From contig CAZYRP010000002.1 in the NCBI GenBank assembly GCA_964649465.1, positions 354 through 64,353 on the forward strand: a stretch of 64,000 nt of DNA. Direction: 5' to 3'. The position numbers and the translations under genes were made by a program. Every line of letters begins with the position of its first letter. The first letter of the stretch is position 1. Below, in pieces: positions 41,763-51,362 of this stretch. Origin of the DNA: an uncultured Granulosicoccaceae bacterium (GTDB lineage Bacteria > Pseudomonadota > Gammaproteobacteria > Granulosicoccales > Granulosicoccaceae). The notes beneath the pieces were generated by a model. The model searched no databases, was not told where the DNA came from, and saw only the letters and a program-made list of their open reading frames with translations.

Positions 41763-43157
41763 ATGTTGGCACGAATTGCGCGACTCCGCGGGGTTGATGG
41801 ATACAAACTTATCTCATATGAAGCACCACAGCCACTCATGAGCCAACTCAAAAAAGCAGACCCCGCAGAGTCCAATGACTCAGGCAGCACTTTACGAGTA
41901 CTGATTGCCGAGCAGGAACAAGCTGTGCGTGATGCACTGATAGATCGGGTGGAAAAAAGCCTCGGTGTCGCAGCCGATGCAGTCAACACCGCAGCCGCCG
42001 TGCGCAAGCTATTGGAAAAACACTCTGGCGAATACGTGCTGGCAGTGGTGGACACACGCCTGCCGGACGCACCCAATGGAGAAGTGCTGGATGCACTCAC
42101 AGCGAATTCTATTCCGACCATCGCCATCGCATCGAAAGTTACGGAGGAAATCGCCGAACGAATGCTGGACAAGCATATTATTGACTGTGTTTTAAAGCGT
42201 ACTGAAGAAGACACTGAGTTATTAGCCGATATCGTGCAACAAACTTTACGCAATCCGCAACGCAAAATTCTCTACTTCAGTACTGACGATATTAATCGCA
42301 AAAAGATCCGCCAGCTGCTGGATATTCACCGCTATACAATTATCGATGTTCGAAACAAAGCCGATATTCGCCGGCAACTCAGCGAACATCAGGATATCTC
42401 CTTAGTCATCATGGATCAGAGCACCCTACAGTTCAACGCAATCGATACCATCAGTGACTTAAGGCAACTCTACCGGCGTGAAGACCTGGCAATCGCGACG
42501 GTATGTGATCACGAAGATCAACAACTCGGTGCTAAACTCTTACGCGCCGGTGCCAACGATGTCATACGTCAGCCAATGCCAACTGATGAGTTTTACTATC
42601 GGGTTAAGCAATGTGTTGAGTCGGTAGAACGTGTGCGAGAAATCAAATACTCGGCCACTCGGGATCTTCTAACCGGCGTCTATAATCGCGACTACCTGTT
42701 CGATGTGGGTGAAAAGCTCTATGCAAGTGCACAGCGCGGCGATATAAAATTGACTCTTGCAATGATTGAGATAGACAATTTCGAAGATATCACCACGCAG
42801 CACAGCCCAAAAGCAAGTAACACTGTCCTCGAGACTCTTGCACCTCTTCTCAGTAGCGAGCTGCGACAGAACGATGTGCTGGCGCGTTACGACGCTTCGA
42901 CATTTGTCTGCCTTGTCAGTAATGTCGGCGAGCACAACGCCATCATGGTTTGTGAAAGAATCCGGCAACTGGTAAACAAGAGCCAAATCGAGTATCAGGA
43001 AAAAACATTTTCAGTAAGCTGCAGCATCGGCGCTACCACAAGCCCCGATGATTCTTTACTCAAAATGATCGGCAACGCACATCATTCATTGCAGGAAGCA
43101 ATCGAAAAAGGCAGAAACTGCGTTGTAGTAACTGACGCTACAGCAGTCGGTTCCTGA
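41763..43157 (+). CDS. Dual receiver-domain response regulator with a degenerate GGDEF domain
   Basis: Two REC-like domains (LAVVDTRLPD and LVIMDQS). The GGDEF fold starts at RDLLTGVYNRDYL, but the A-site reads DASTF (42891-42905) with RQND (42864-42875) at the I-site position. The start could be the ATG at 41838. Confidence 0.75.
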   Translation: MLARIARLRGVDGYKLISYEAPQPLMSQLKKADPAESNDSGSTLRVLIAEQEQAVRDALIDRVEKSLGVAADAVNTAAAVRKLLEKHSGEYVLAVVDTRLPDAPNGEVLDALTANSIPTIAIASKVTEEIAERMLDKHIIDCVLKRTEEDTELLADIVQQTLRNPQRKILYFSTDDINRKKIRQLLDIHRYTIIDVRNKADIRRQLSEHQDISLVIMDQSTLQFNAIDTISDLRQLYRREDLAIATVCDHEDQQLGAKLLRAGANDVIRQPMPTDEFYYRVKQCVESVERVREIKYSATRDLLTGVYNRDYLFDVGEKLYASAQRGDIKLTLAMIEIDNFEDITTQHSPKASNTVLETLAPLLSSELRQNDVLARYDASTFVCLVSNVGEHNAIMVCERIRQLVNKSQIEYQEKTFSVSCSIGATTSPDDSLLKMIGNAHHSLQEAIEKGRNCVVVTDATAVGS

Positions 43158-43317
43158 TCGCACCACACCGCTCGCAACGGTACACTGTCACCAGTTTGCC
43201 GCTCTTTACATCAAACTTCTGGTTTGTTTGAACCTTCCACTTGTGATGGTTGTTGGCGCAAAGGGTCTTGCCCTTTGAAGATGCTTTTTTCTTATTGAAA
43301 GGAAGTATTTTTGCCAT
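43138..43317 (-). CDS. Small zinc-ribbon-like protein, 59 aa (below the ORF-track cut-off)
   Basis: Hand translation: MAKILPFNKKKASSKGKTLCANNHHKWKVQTNQKFDVKSGKLVTVYRCERCGAIRNRLL*. It has a C-x4-H ... CxxC arrangement and resembles conserved small proteins of pseudomonads, though that is from memory. Confidence 0.5.
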   Translation of the reverse strand: MAKILPFNKKKASSKGKTLCANNHHKWKVQTNQKFDVKSGKLVTVYRCERCGAIRNRLL

Positions 43318-43531
43318 TAGTAGTTAAATTCAATGATCGAGCATCGCGCTATAATTTTCTTTTATCGGCAACGCTACTTCAATAAAAACCCGGCGCGTGT
43401 GTTGCTCCGCGAACGATATCAAGTTAACGTAACTTCGTCCCAATTGAGTATCACCAATGATAACTACATTCAGGGGTCATCCAAAAAAGTAACAACCGAC
43501 CCCACAAAGTGCCACAACAGAGGAAAAACCG

Positions 43532-43960
43532 ATGAAATCAGTCTCTCAACTTATCGCCGGCAAATCATCTGAAATCTGGACTATTGACCCGGAACAACCG
43601 GTACTGGATGCCATAAAATGTATGGCAGTACAGAATATCGGCGCATTGCTTGTTACTGAAAGCGAGCGTCTGGTCGGCATCATATCGGAGCGGGACTATG
43701 CTCGCAAAATCATTTTACGCGGCAAATCATCGAGCGAAACACCGGTATCAGAAATAATGTCTGGCAATGTGATCACAGTCTCGCCAGACGATACGATCGA
43801 TATCTGCATGTCGTTGATGACGCGCAATGACATCAGGCACTTGCCAGTACTTGAAAGAGGCAAAATCACCGGTGTTTTATCAATAGGCGATCTGGTCCGC
43901 GAAACAATCGTTGAACAACAACAAACTATCGAACACCTGGAAGGCTACATCATGAGTTAA
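43532..43960 (+). CDS. CBS-domain pair protein
   Basis: Two CBS repeats (IGALLVTE...GIISERD and RHLPVLERGKITGVLSIGDL). GAGGAAAA Shine-Dalgarno upstream. Confidence 0.8.
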   Translation: MKSVSQLIAGKSSEIWTIDPEQPVLDAIKCMAVQNIGALLVTESERLVGIISERDYARKIILRGKSSSETPVSEIMSGNVITVSPDDTIDICMSLMTRNDIRHLPVLERGKITGVLSIGDLVRETIVEQQQTIEHLEGYIMS

Positions 43961-44160
43961 GGATTTGACCATAGCTATATATCCTTTCCGTCGTGTCTGC
44001 TCATAACAAACCAGGCTTTAACTGCAGTTAAATCTTCAATATTCAGCCGGAAACTCGCCATCCAGACGCTATACTCAAGCCTGTTTCCCGCAGCAGGAAA
44101 AGTCCTGTTGCGGGCAGATCGACCAAATTACCGATCCTCTCGTTTAACCGAATCTCATTC

Positions 44161-45939
44161 ATGACTACGCCGCAAATTACTATCACTGCAATACTGTTTG
44201 TGACGCTGATACTTTTTGCCTGGGGCAAGTATCGGCATGATATTGTCGCCATTTTTTGTCTGGTTATGGGAGTTGTAGCCGGTGTTGTACCCTCTGAGCA
44301 GGCGTTCACCGGTTTCGGCCATGCCGCAGTTATAACAGTTGCCGCTGTCCTGATTATCAGCCACGCGTTAAAAAACGCAGGCGTTGTGAATGTTATCGCG
44401 TCATACCTGACACCATTTACCGACAACATCTATGTGCACATAGCATCACTGACCGCTGTTGTAACTGTGGCCTCAGCTTTTATGAATAATGTTGGAGCAC
44501 TTGCGCTGATGTTACCGGTGGCAATAGCAACGGCAAATCAAGCTGAACGTTCACCGGCTCTGGTTTTAATGCCGCTCGCCTTCGGCAGTATCCTCGGTGG
44601 TATGACAACCCTGATTGGCACACCGCCGAATATCATCATTGCAAGTTACCGTGCCGAAGTTAGTGGTGAAGCCTTTTCAATGTTCGACTTCAGCCCGGTT
44701 GGTTTTTTTGTAGCGCTAATAGGCCTGGCATTCATAACACTGGTTGGCTGGAGATTTATTCCCATCGATCGCAGCAGCAAAGACGGATCAAAAGCACTGT
44801 TTGAAATCTCGCACTATTTAACAGAGATAGAAATCAAACCCGATTCACCGCTGGTTGGTGAGTTGCTAAAGAACAGTGAAATATTCAATTCCGATCAAAT
44901 AGACGTTGTCGGTATGGCCCAGAAGAATGGCTTTGCAAGACCCATCCCGCTGCAATATCGCTTTGCAGAGGAAGATATTTTGCTGGTGCAAAGTGATCCA
45001 TCTCACTTGCAGACGGTCGTAGAAGAAAACGGGCTGGAGTTACTTACCACAGCCTCCGCTAATTTTGTACAGCCACAATCTGAAAACGAAATTATGCTTG
45101 AGGGCGTTGTTGGACAGACATCCCCTTTATTAGATCGCAGTGTTGAATACCTGCGCATGCACACACAGAGAACACTTGCACTGGTGGGTATTGCGCGTAA
45201 CGGTGAGGCCATTAAAACACGTTTAAAGCGCCAACGGTTTAAGGCGGGTGATGTGCTGCTATTATTCGGTGACGCAGATAAGATTGACCAGGGTTTTCAC
45301 GAACTCGGCTTGTGGCCACTGGCAAAGAGACCTCTTTCTCTCAACAGGCAACGCAAAGTAATACCGGCACTGTTGGTATTCGCAGGCGCGATTGCAATGG
45401 GTGTTGCCGGTCTGGTCACTTTGCCAATTGCGTTTCTGATAGCTATCGGCATCTTTATTTTAATGAAGATCATCTCCGTCAGAGAGATCTATGATGAAAT
45501 AGACTGGCCGGTTATTGTGCTGCTGGGCGCAATGATACCCGTCGGACGTGCACTTGAAAGCACAGGCACCACCGCATGGATGGCAAACGCCATTCTGCAG
45601 GTAACTGAAGGCTTACCAGCGGTCGCTTTACTAACTATGATTCTTGTAGTCACCATGTTCCTGTCAGACATTATCAACAATGCCGCAACCGCATTGGTTA
45701 TGGCGCCAATAGGCGTTGCTATTGCGAGCTCTCTCGGAGTTAGTAGTGATGCGTTCTTAATGGCAGTAGCTGTCGGTGCATCCTGTGCGTTTCTGACTCC
45801 GATTGGTCATCAGTCAAACACACTGGTGATGGGTCCGGGTGGTTATCGCTTCGGTGACTACTGGCGAATGGGGCTGCCGCTGGAGTTGATTATCGTCACA
45901 GTGTCTGTGCCGCTGTTGCTTATTGTCTGGCCTCTATAG
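44161..45939 (+). CDS. SLC13/DASS-family anion permease with central TrkA-C (RCK C-terminal) domains
   Basis: N- and C-terminal multi-TM halves (GGMTTLIGTPPN and LTPIGHQSNTLV motifs) flank two soluble TrkA-C-like repeats. Confidence 0.8.
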   Translation: MTTPQITITAILFVTLILFAWGKYRHDIVAIFCLVMGVVAGVVPSEQAFTGFGHAAVITVAAVLIISHALKNAGVVNVIASYLTPFTDNIYVHIASLTAVVTVASAFMNNVGALALMLPVAIATANQAERSPALVLMPLAFGSILGGMTTLIGTPPNIIIASYRAEVSGEAFSMFDFSPVGFFVALIGLAFITLVGWRFIPIDRSSKDGSKALFEISHYLTEIEIKPDSPLVGELLKNSEIFNSDQIDVVGMAQKNGFARPIPLQYRFAEEDILLVQSDPSHLQTVVEENGLELLTTASANFVQPQSENEIMLEGVVGQTSPLLDRSVEYLRMHTQRTLALVGIARNGEAIKTRLKRQRFKAGDVLLLFGDADKIDQGFHELGLWPLAKRPLSLNRQRKVIPALLVFAGAIAMGVAGLVTLPIAFLIAIGIFILMKIISVREIYDEIDWPVIVLLGAMIPVGRALESTGTTAWMANAILQVTEGLPAVALLTMILVVTMFLSDIINNAATALVMAPIGVAIASSLGVSSDAFLMAVAVGASCAFLTPIGHQSNTLVMGPGGYRFGDYWRMGLPLELIIVTVSVPLLLIVWPL

Positions 45940-45956
45940 CTGTAGCCAAATAAAAT

Positions 45957-45986
45957 AAAAATGGCCTGCATTAGCAGGCCATTTTT
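45957..45986. terminator. Bidirectional rho-independent terminator between the convergent genes
   Basis: aaaa-tggcctgc-atta-gcaggcca-ttttt. Confidence 0.7.
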
Positions 45987-46034
45987 GCACATCCATGGTG
46001 TTGCGACGCGCCGGTTCCTTAAACACCAAATATT

Positions 46035-46736
46035 CTATACCGGTGAATTAAACGCAGACGCTTCCCGACCTTCGACGATTGGCTTAAGAAATATCTCAAC
46101 TCGACGATTGCGACTACGACCATCCTCAGTAGCATTACTTGCAATCGGCGCTGTTTCCCCACGGCCATCCGGTCGTGTTCTAAGCTCATCTACGCCCTGT
46201 CTGGTCAGATAATTCTTGACGCTTGATGCACGCTGCATCGATAGTTGCTGGTTATAACTATCCGAACCAGAACTGTCAGTGTGTCCAACAATATGCACCG
46301 CAGTTTGCGGGTAGTCTGAAAGAACACTTGCCACCTTATTTAGGCTGGCATAAAAACCACGATTAATACGAAAACTATCAATGTCAAAGGACACCTCGCT
46401 ACTGAGATCAAGCTTTAACGTATTATCTGCCAATCGGGAGATCTGGATTTCTTCCGCTGCTCGTTCGCGACTAAGTTGCGCTTCGAGCTCACGTTGCTGG
46501 TTATCCATGTATTTGCCAACAGCACCGCCGGCCAACGCACCTGCTACCGCACCAACAAAACGCCCGCTGTCGTCATTGACCTGGTGACCCAGTACTGCGC
46601 CTGCAACAGCACCTACAGCAGCGCCAGTACCGGCACGGTTTATCGAACCGTCACTGGCACAGCCAGCAACTCCCACACATACGCCAGTCGCAAGCACTGA
46701 AAGTAGTGCGATTTTTTTGTATAAAATCATCATCAT
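46035..46736 (-). CDS. OmpA-family lipoprotein with a glycine-zipper N-domain (YiaD-like)
   Basis: Lipobox VAGC, glycine zipper GAAVGAVAGAVLG...GAVAGALAGGAVG, and OmpA_C GHTDSSGSDSYNQQLSMQRASSV...NRRVEI. Confidence 0.8.
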   Translation of the reverse strand: MMMILYKKIALLSVLATGVCVGVAGCASDGSINRAGTGAAVGAVAGAVLGHQVNDDSGRFVGAVAGALAGGAVGKYMDNQQRELEAQLSRERAAEEIQISRLADNTLKLDLSSEVSFDIDSFRINRGFYASLNKVASVLSDYPQTAVHIVGHTDSSGSDSYNQQLSMQRASSVKNYLTRQGVDELRTRPDGRGETAPIASNATEDGRSRNRRVEIFLKPIVEGREASAFNSPV

Positions 46737-46946
46737 TCACCTTTAATGCGCAAAACGCGCGCGTCTTGCGAAATATAACACCCGTTTTTCATAGTTCAAG
46801 GGACCGCAACTCTACGTCACAGCACCTTCCTGATGCTTATAACGGCAAATTGTAGTAAGCGTTAACTGACGGTTGCTGAACGGAAATTAAAAAACTATTA
46901 CAGGTGAGAACACCGTAACGTAGTTTGCAGACTTTTGATCGGACAG

Positions 46947-46974
46947 AAAAAAGGCCATGCAAGTTCGCATGGCC
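46947..46974 (-). terminator. Rho-independent terminator after the OmpA-like porin gene
   Basis: On the minus strand: stem ggccatgc/gcatggcc followed by tttttt. Confidence 0.7.
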
Positions 46975-47017
46975 TTTGTGTTCACTTTCGCTGTCAGCTT
47001 TTTATCGCCACCAGGAG

Positions 47018-48184
47018 CTATCTGACAGTCTTGATCTCAACCCGGCGGTTCGCCAATCTGCCCGCAGCTGTACGGTTACTTTTTCGTGGCCGACTTTCGC
47101 CATATCCGATCGCAGACATTCGTCCAAGGTCAAGCTCCCCGGTATTTGCCAGATAGTGAACGACCGATTCAGCACGTTTGCGTGACAGGCTCATGTTACC
47201 GGCTGCCGAACCACGATTATCAGTGTGCGCTTCAATCGAAACATTTACCCTCGGGTTTTTCTTCATGATTGCAATAACACTGTCCAGTGCAACGGTACCT
47301 TCCTTAGCCAGCTTGGCAGAGCCCGTGGCAAAAGTAACACCATCAACCACACCGCTGAAATCACAACCGTTGGCATCGACACTCATACCTTCTTTGGTGG
47401 AATTACAAGAGTCGTCTTTGTCATAGACACCATCATTATCACTGTCTTTTTTGACAAACTTAATTTTTTTACGGGCTTTCTCGTCTTTGGAGGAAACCGG
47501 TAACGGTGTACTAACCTTCTCGGAAAAGACCGGCAGCGCACCAGTTCCTTTGTTGATACGGAATCGCTTGACGATGTTTATACTGACAACACGTGCATCA
47601 GAATCAAAGTTTTGGAATTCAGTACGTACACCAAACCCGTTTTTCAGGTTGTACTCAGCACCAAGTCCTGTAGATATATTAAATGCATTCTGCCTTTCAA
47701 ATTCGATTCCACGGCCGGTGTTATTGAGCGCACCAAAACCCAGACGTGCATAAATGTTTAAGCCGCGACGACTGGCAAGAGAGTCGACACCACCTCCACC
47801 AAGAAGATATAAAAGACCGCTGGCACCAAATGTAGAGTACGCAATGCTGCCATTGATCACATCATTAGTGAGGGATGCTGCCCCCAGATCCGAAAAGTAG
47901 GCTTCGACTGAAAGACGCGCACTGAGGTCGCGCCCGAAAAACAATTGCGCTCCACTGCCAGTAGTCTCTGTGACAGTGAAGCCGGATGCATTAACTCGCG
48001 GTTCAATATCTGAACCGCCGAAACCCACACCTCCATAATAATTGCCACTCAGACCCACGGATGGAAACTTCAAGGATGGAAGATCCAGAGCGCTGGCTGC
48101 AGGTGCCCAACACGTAGCTGCTATGGCTAACGTGCCGGCTAGTGCGATATTTGAACAAAACGACTTTCGAATTCGCGGGGTCAT
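47018..48184 (-). CDS. OmpA-like porin: N-terminal beta-barrel, thrombospondin-type-3 linker, C-terminal OmpA domain
   Basis: Signal peptide ending ASA. Beta-barrel strands ending in aromatic residues. TSP3 motif DSDNDGVYDKDDSC. OmpA_C AHTDNRGSAAGNMSLSRKRAESV...NRRVEI. Confidence 0.8.
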   Translation of the reverse strand: MTPRIRKSFCSNIALAGTLAIAATCWAPAASALDLPSLKFPSVGLSGNYYGGVGFGGSDIEPRVNASGFTVTETTGSGAQLFFGRDLSARLSVEAYFSDLGAASLTNDVINGSIAYSTFGASGLLYLLGGGGVDSLASRRGLNIYARLGFGALNNTGRGIEFERQNAFNISTGLGAEYNLKNGFGVRTEFQNFDSDARVVSINIVKRFRINKGTGALPVFSEKVSTPLPVSSKDEKARKKIKFVKKDSDNDGVYDKDDSCNSTKEGMSVDANGCDFSGVVDGVTFATGSAKLAKEGTVALDSVIAIMKKNPRVNVSIEAHTDNRGSAAGNMSLSRKRAESVVHYLANTGELDLGRMSAIGYGESRPRKSNRTAAGRLANRRVEIKTVR

Positions 48185-48202
48185 TTTTGATCCTTTATTA
48201 AA

Positions 48203-49336
48203 TCACTTGTTTGGTTTGCGACGTCGCAGCCCCAGCAGTGCAAACAATCCGCTCATCATCAACAAAGGATCAAAACCACTACCGCCACCGAGTGTGCAAC
48301 CACCCCCGTTCAAGCCGGTTTCTATCGTTGTGTTGATGGGTTCAGACTGAACTGTTACCACCTGACTACCATCGGTATCAGGGTCCAGCGAATCAGGAAT
48401 ACCATCACCGTTGCTGTCACCTGTGCCTTCATCAACATCAGAAACGCCGTCTCCGTCATCGTCTTCGTCGACGTCATCACTGATACCGTCTCCATCTGTA
48501 TCGGTAGAAACGTCCACACCGTTAGGCTCTTGTGAATCGGGAATGCCATCACCGTCAGAATCTGTGACATTGCCATTGGCATTAACCGGAATACCATCAG
48601 AATCGACGCCACCGTCCATCATTCCATCACCGTCAATATCGGCAGCACCATTACCACCTTCTACGACGTCGAGCAGACCGTCATTGTCAGAGTCCAGATC
48701 CAGAGAATCGGGAAGACCATCACCATCTGTGTCTAACAATCCATTGCCTTCAATATCATCCGGAATGCCGTCGTTATCATCGTCCAGGTCTGCATCGTCG
48801 AATATGCCGTCACCATCTGAATCAACGGGCAGACTGATTTCAGGATCAATTTCATCAGCAATACCGTCTAGATCAACGTCGGTACAACCGTCCGTGAAAA
48901 TTGTCCATGAGCGCGGCTCTGAAGTATCGGAACCGCCTTGCCCGGTACCAGAGGTATCACGCAGAATCGCTGTAATAGTAGAACTTGAGCCAGCAGGCGT
49001 ACCTGGTTTCAACGTGTAAGTCAGCGTTAGCGAAGGCCAGCTGACAAATGGAAAAGTAGCAAAAATTTCCGGATTAGAAACGCCTGTCATGATGAAACCA
49101 AGCCCGGAAGTCTCGCCGTCACCATCAGTGACATTTTGCGCCCAGCCCGGGAATCTGACTGCACCATCACAGGGTGTACTGGTCGGGTTAAAACCCGGAT
49201 CAAAGCTGGGTGCGTTATTCGGCCACGCATGAGCGTTGGACGCAAACAGTGCGGCGCTAATGCAAATCGGCAGGCTTGTCAGACGCGCACCGGTCAGAAA
49301 ATTAGAGATCTGTGCTTTCACAGGCTGGTAGTTCAT
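48203..49336 (-). CDS. Secreted thrombospondin-type-3 (calcium-binding) repeat protein with a GlyGly-CTERM sorting signal
   Basis: The ATG at 49336 gives a signal peptide ending SNAHA. At least 10 DxDxDGxxDxxD repeats. C-terminus [35 protein letters not shown]. Confidence 0.7.
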   Translation of the reverse strand: MNYQPVKAQISNFLTGARLTSLPICISAALFASNAHAWPNNAPSFDPGFNPTSTPCDGAVRFPGWAQNVTDGDGETSGLGFIMTGVSNPEIFATFPFVSWPSLTLTYTLKPGTPAGSSSTITAILRDTSGTGQGGSDTSEPRSWTIFTDGCTDVDLDGIADEIDPEISLPVDSDGDGIFDDADLDDDNDGIPDDIEGNGLLDTDGDGLPDSLDLDSDNDGLLDVVEGGNGAADIDGDGMMDGGVDSDGIPVNANGNVTDSDGDGIPDSQEPNGVDVSTDTDGDGISDDVDEDDDGDGVSDVDEGTGDSNGDGIPDSLDPDTDGSQVVTVQSEPINTTIETGLNGGGCTLGGGSGFDPLLMMSGLFALLGLRRRKPNK

Positions 49337-49585
49337 GGCGTATTCTCGGATAGAGCAATAAGTAGCCGACCATTTTGATCTGTCACCCAATTGACGTCGT
49401 TGAACTATCCGAAACTTTACAACTGCCAGGAAAATGCCATCCTAATTTTATTCGCGCCCAATTTCTTATTTATTTATATCAATAAAAACAACAAGTTGAG
49501 AGCTATAACAAAAGACAGGAATTCACACAGGATGAAATATAATTGTAATACTTGTGATACACGTGGAATGAATCACAGGCAAATA

Positions 49586-50416
49586 TTAGCTGTCTTTGGA
49601 ATCTTCCAGATAATCTGACCAATTGTGGTCGCCGGCACCAAAGACAAAAAAGTGCGGATTTAACAGGGAATCTTTCGTGTTGTAGCGAAGCTCGCGCATA
49701 TTAGTGTCTGTAATATGCCCGCCAGCCTCCTCAACAATACACTGAGCAGCCCCCGTATCCCACTCGCCGGTAGGCCCGAGTCGAGCGTAAACATCTGCAC
49801 GGCCTTCCGCCACCAGGCAGGATTTAAGTGCACTGCCCATCGATACCACTTTGTACTCGCCAAGCTTATCGAGAAAGCGCTTCAGCAACCCGCCTTTTTT
49901 CAAAGGTCCGCTGCTGCGCGCCACGGTGACACCTTTCTTCGGTGCTGTGCGAACCGAGATACTTTCCGGCTCGCCATCGCCAGTCTGTTTCCAGGCACCG
50001 CAATCGCGACAGGCCCAATAAGTTAAATCGAGTACCGGCGCGTGAACCACACCGAGCACTGACACACCATTCTGGATAAGTGCAATATTGACGCTGAACT
50101 CGCCGCTGTGTTTTATGAACTCGTAGGTACCGTCAAGCGGATCAACCAGCCAGTAGGTATTCCATTCATTGCGTTCGGCAAACGGAATACCGCACGACTC
50201 TTCAGTCAGAATGGGTAGTTCAGGAGAAAGAGATTGCAGTTGTTCGATAATTATCTTGTTGGCAGCAAGATCGGCTTCGGTAAGAGGTGTGTCATCTGCT
50301 TTCGAGGTAACAGTCACTCCCGACTCATAATGCTCGAGAATTTTTTTACCCGCGACTTTTGCAATATCCACAACCAAATCTATTCGACTGGCAATGGCTG
50401 AAGTGTCAACTGACAT
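49586..50416 (-). CDS. cysQ: 3'(2'),5'-bisphosphate nucleotidase
   Basis: Inositol monophosphatase fold motifs LTEES, WLVDPLDGT and WDTGAAQ. Confidence 0.88.
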   Translation of the reverse strand: MSVDTSAIASRIDLVVDIAKVAGKKILEHYESGVTVTSKADDTPLTEADLAANKIIIEQLQSLSPELPILTEESCGIPFAERNEWNTYWLVDPLDGTYEFIKHSGEFSVNIALIQNGVSVLGVVHAPVLDLTYWACRDCGAWKQTGDGEPESISVRTAPKKGVTVARSSGPLKKGGLLKRFLDKLGEYKVVSMGSALKSCLVAEGRADVYARLGPTGEWDTGAAQCIVEEAGGHITDTNMRELRYNTKDSLLNPHFFVFGAGDHNWSDYLEDSKDS

Positions 50417-50594
50417 GCAGATCTAATCCGCTAAACTCAATTCGATGGTATGGCCAAACTCGGCACCGTACAACCGGCAAATTCGATGAATACGTTCTGC
50501 TAATGTTACTTTTAGTCAACATGATGAAATTAGGTCACTTGTGTGACCTGTGTTTACAAATGATCTATAAATACTTCACATTGCAGGCCACAAT

Positions 50595-51362
50595 TTACAG
50601 CTGCAGATTTTGTATGTTGCCATTGTTGCGAATTCGATAGCTGCCATCACTTGCCTGACGGCCAACCAACCCAAGCATATTATTTATTTGCGGTGGTGCT
50701 TCAACGGTAGGTTTAATCAGAATATCCGCTTTATAGTTTCCTGCCAGATCAAGTAACACTTCTCCACTGAGTTCAAGTTGTCCGTCGGTGTTGCTGAGTT
50801 TGCCAATGTGTTGATCTTCGCCCTGCGGGATAATATCGAACACCACATCACCCAGCAGCACGGTGGCCACGGCGCTCTGCACTTCAGCTTTATTCCAGGT
50901 AACCGTACCTTCAGTACGCTTAAGAAGATTATTTTCCAATTCAAGATCTTTAATATCAGCCAGCAGTATGCCGCCAAACTCCGCAACAGGAAGCGGCAGA
51001 AATTGCTCAAGGCGACTCGCCGGCACGCGAAAAGTACCATCATTAATGAACATATCACCGTTTCGATTGCCGCTTACCAAGCCTTCGCCTTTGCCGCCAA
51101 GCACCTCAAAATTAACCGTCGCTCCAGCAGTGGCAGATAACAGTGTTGCAGGCTGAAACTTCCAGGTCACATTCGTTATTGGCTGTGTTAGCTCTGGTGA
51201 CTCAACAGACTGTGCACCACCCTTCCAGATGCTGCCACTGACACCGCTGAGCTTTACCGGCTGAATATTTACATGGGGTAGTACGCCGGCTGCTGGAAAT
51301 TTCCAGATCACGGTAACTGCAAAAGCCAGTAAGGCGAGGAGAAATAATCCAACTATTCTCAC
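50595..51362 (-). CDS. gspN: Type II secretion system protein N
   Basis: Single N-terminal TM segment and a GSIWKG motif. Last gene of the gsp cluster, overlapping gspM by 4 nt. Confidence 0.78.
   Translation of the reverse strand: MRIVGLFLLALLAFAVTVIWKFPAAGVLPHVNIQPVKLSGVSGSIWKGGAQSVESPELTQPITNVTWKFQPATLLSATAGATVNFEVLGGKGEGLVSGNRNGDMFINDGTFRVPASRLEQFLPLPVAEFGGILLADIKDLELENNLLKRTEGTVTWNKAEVQSAVATVLLGDVVFDIIPQGEDQHIGKLSNTDGQLELSGEVLLDLAGNYKADILIKPTVEAPPQINNMLGLVGRQASDGSYRIRNNGNIQNLQL

Noticed and set aside
41759-42265. 168-aa minus-strand Ser/Ala-rich ORF.
   Set aside because: It is antisense to the first receiver domain of the REC-REC-GGDEF gene, and it has no motifs.
48411-49019. 202-aa plus-strand Ser/Pro-rich ORF.
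   Set aside because: It is the complement of the GAT/GAC-rich TSP3 repeat coding region. The Ser/Pro repeats mirror the Asp/Gly repeats on the true strand.
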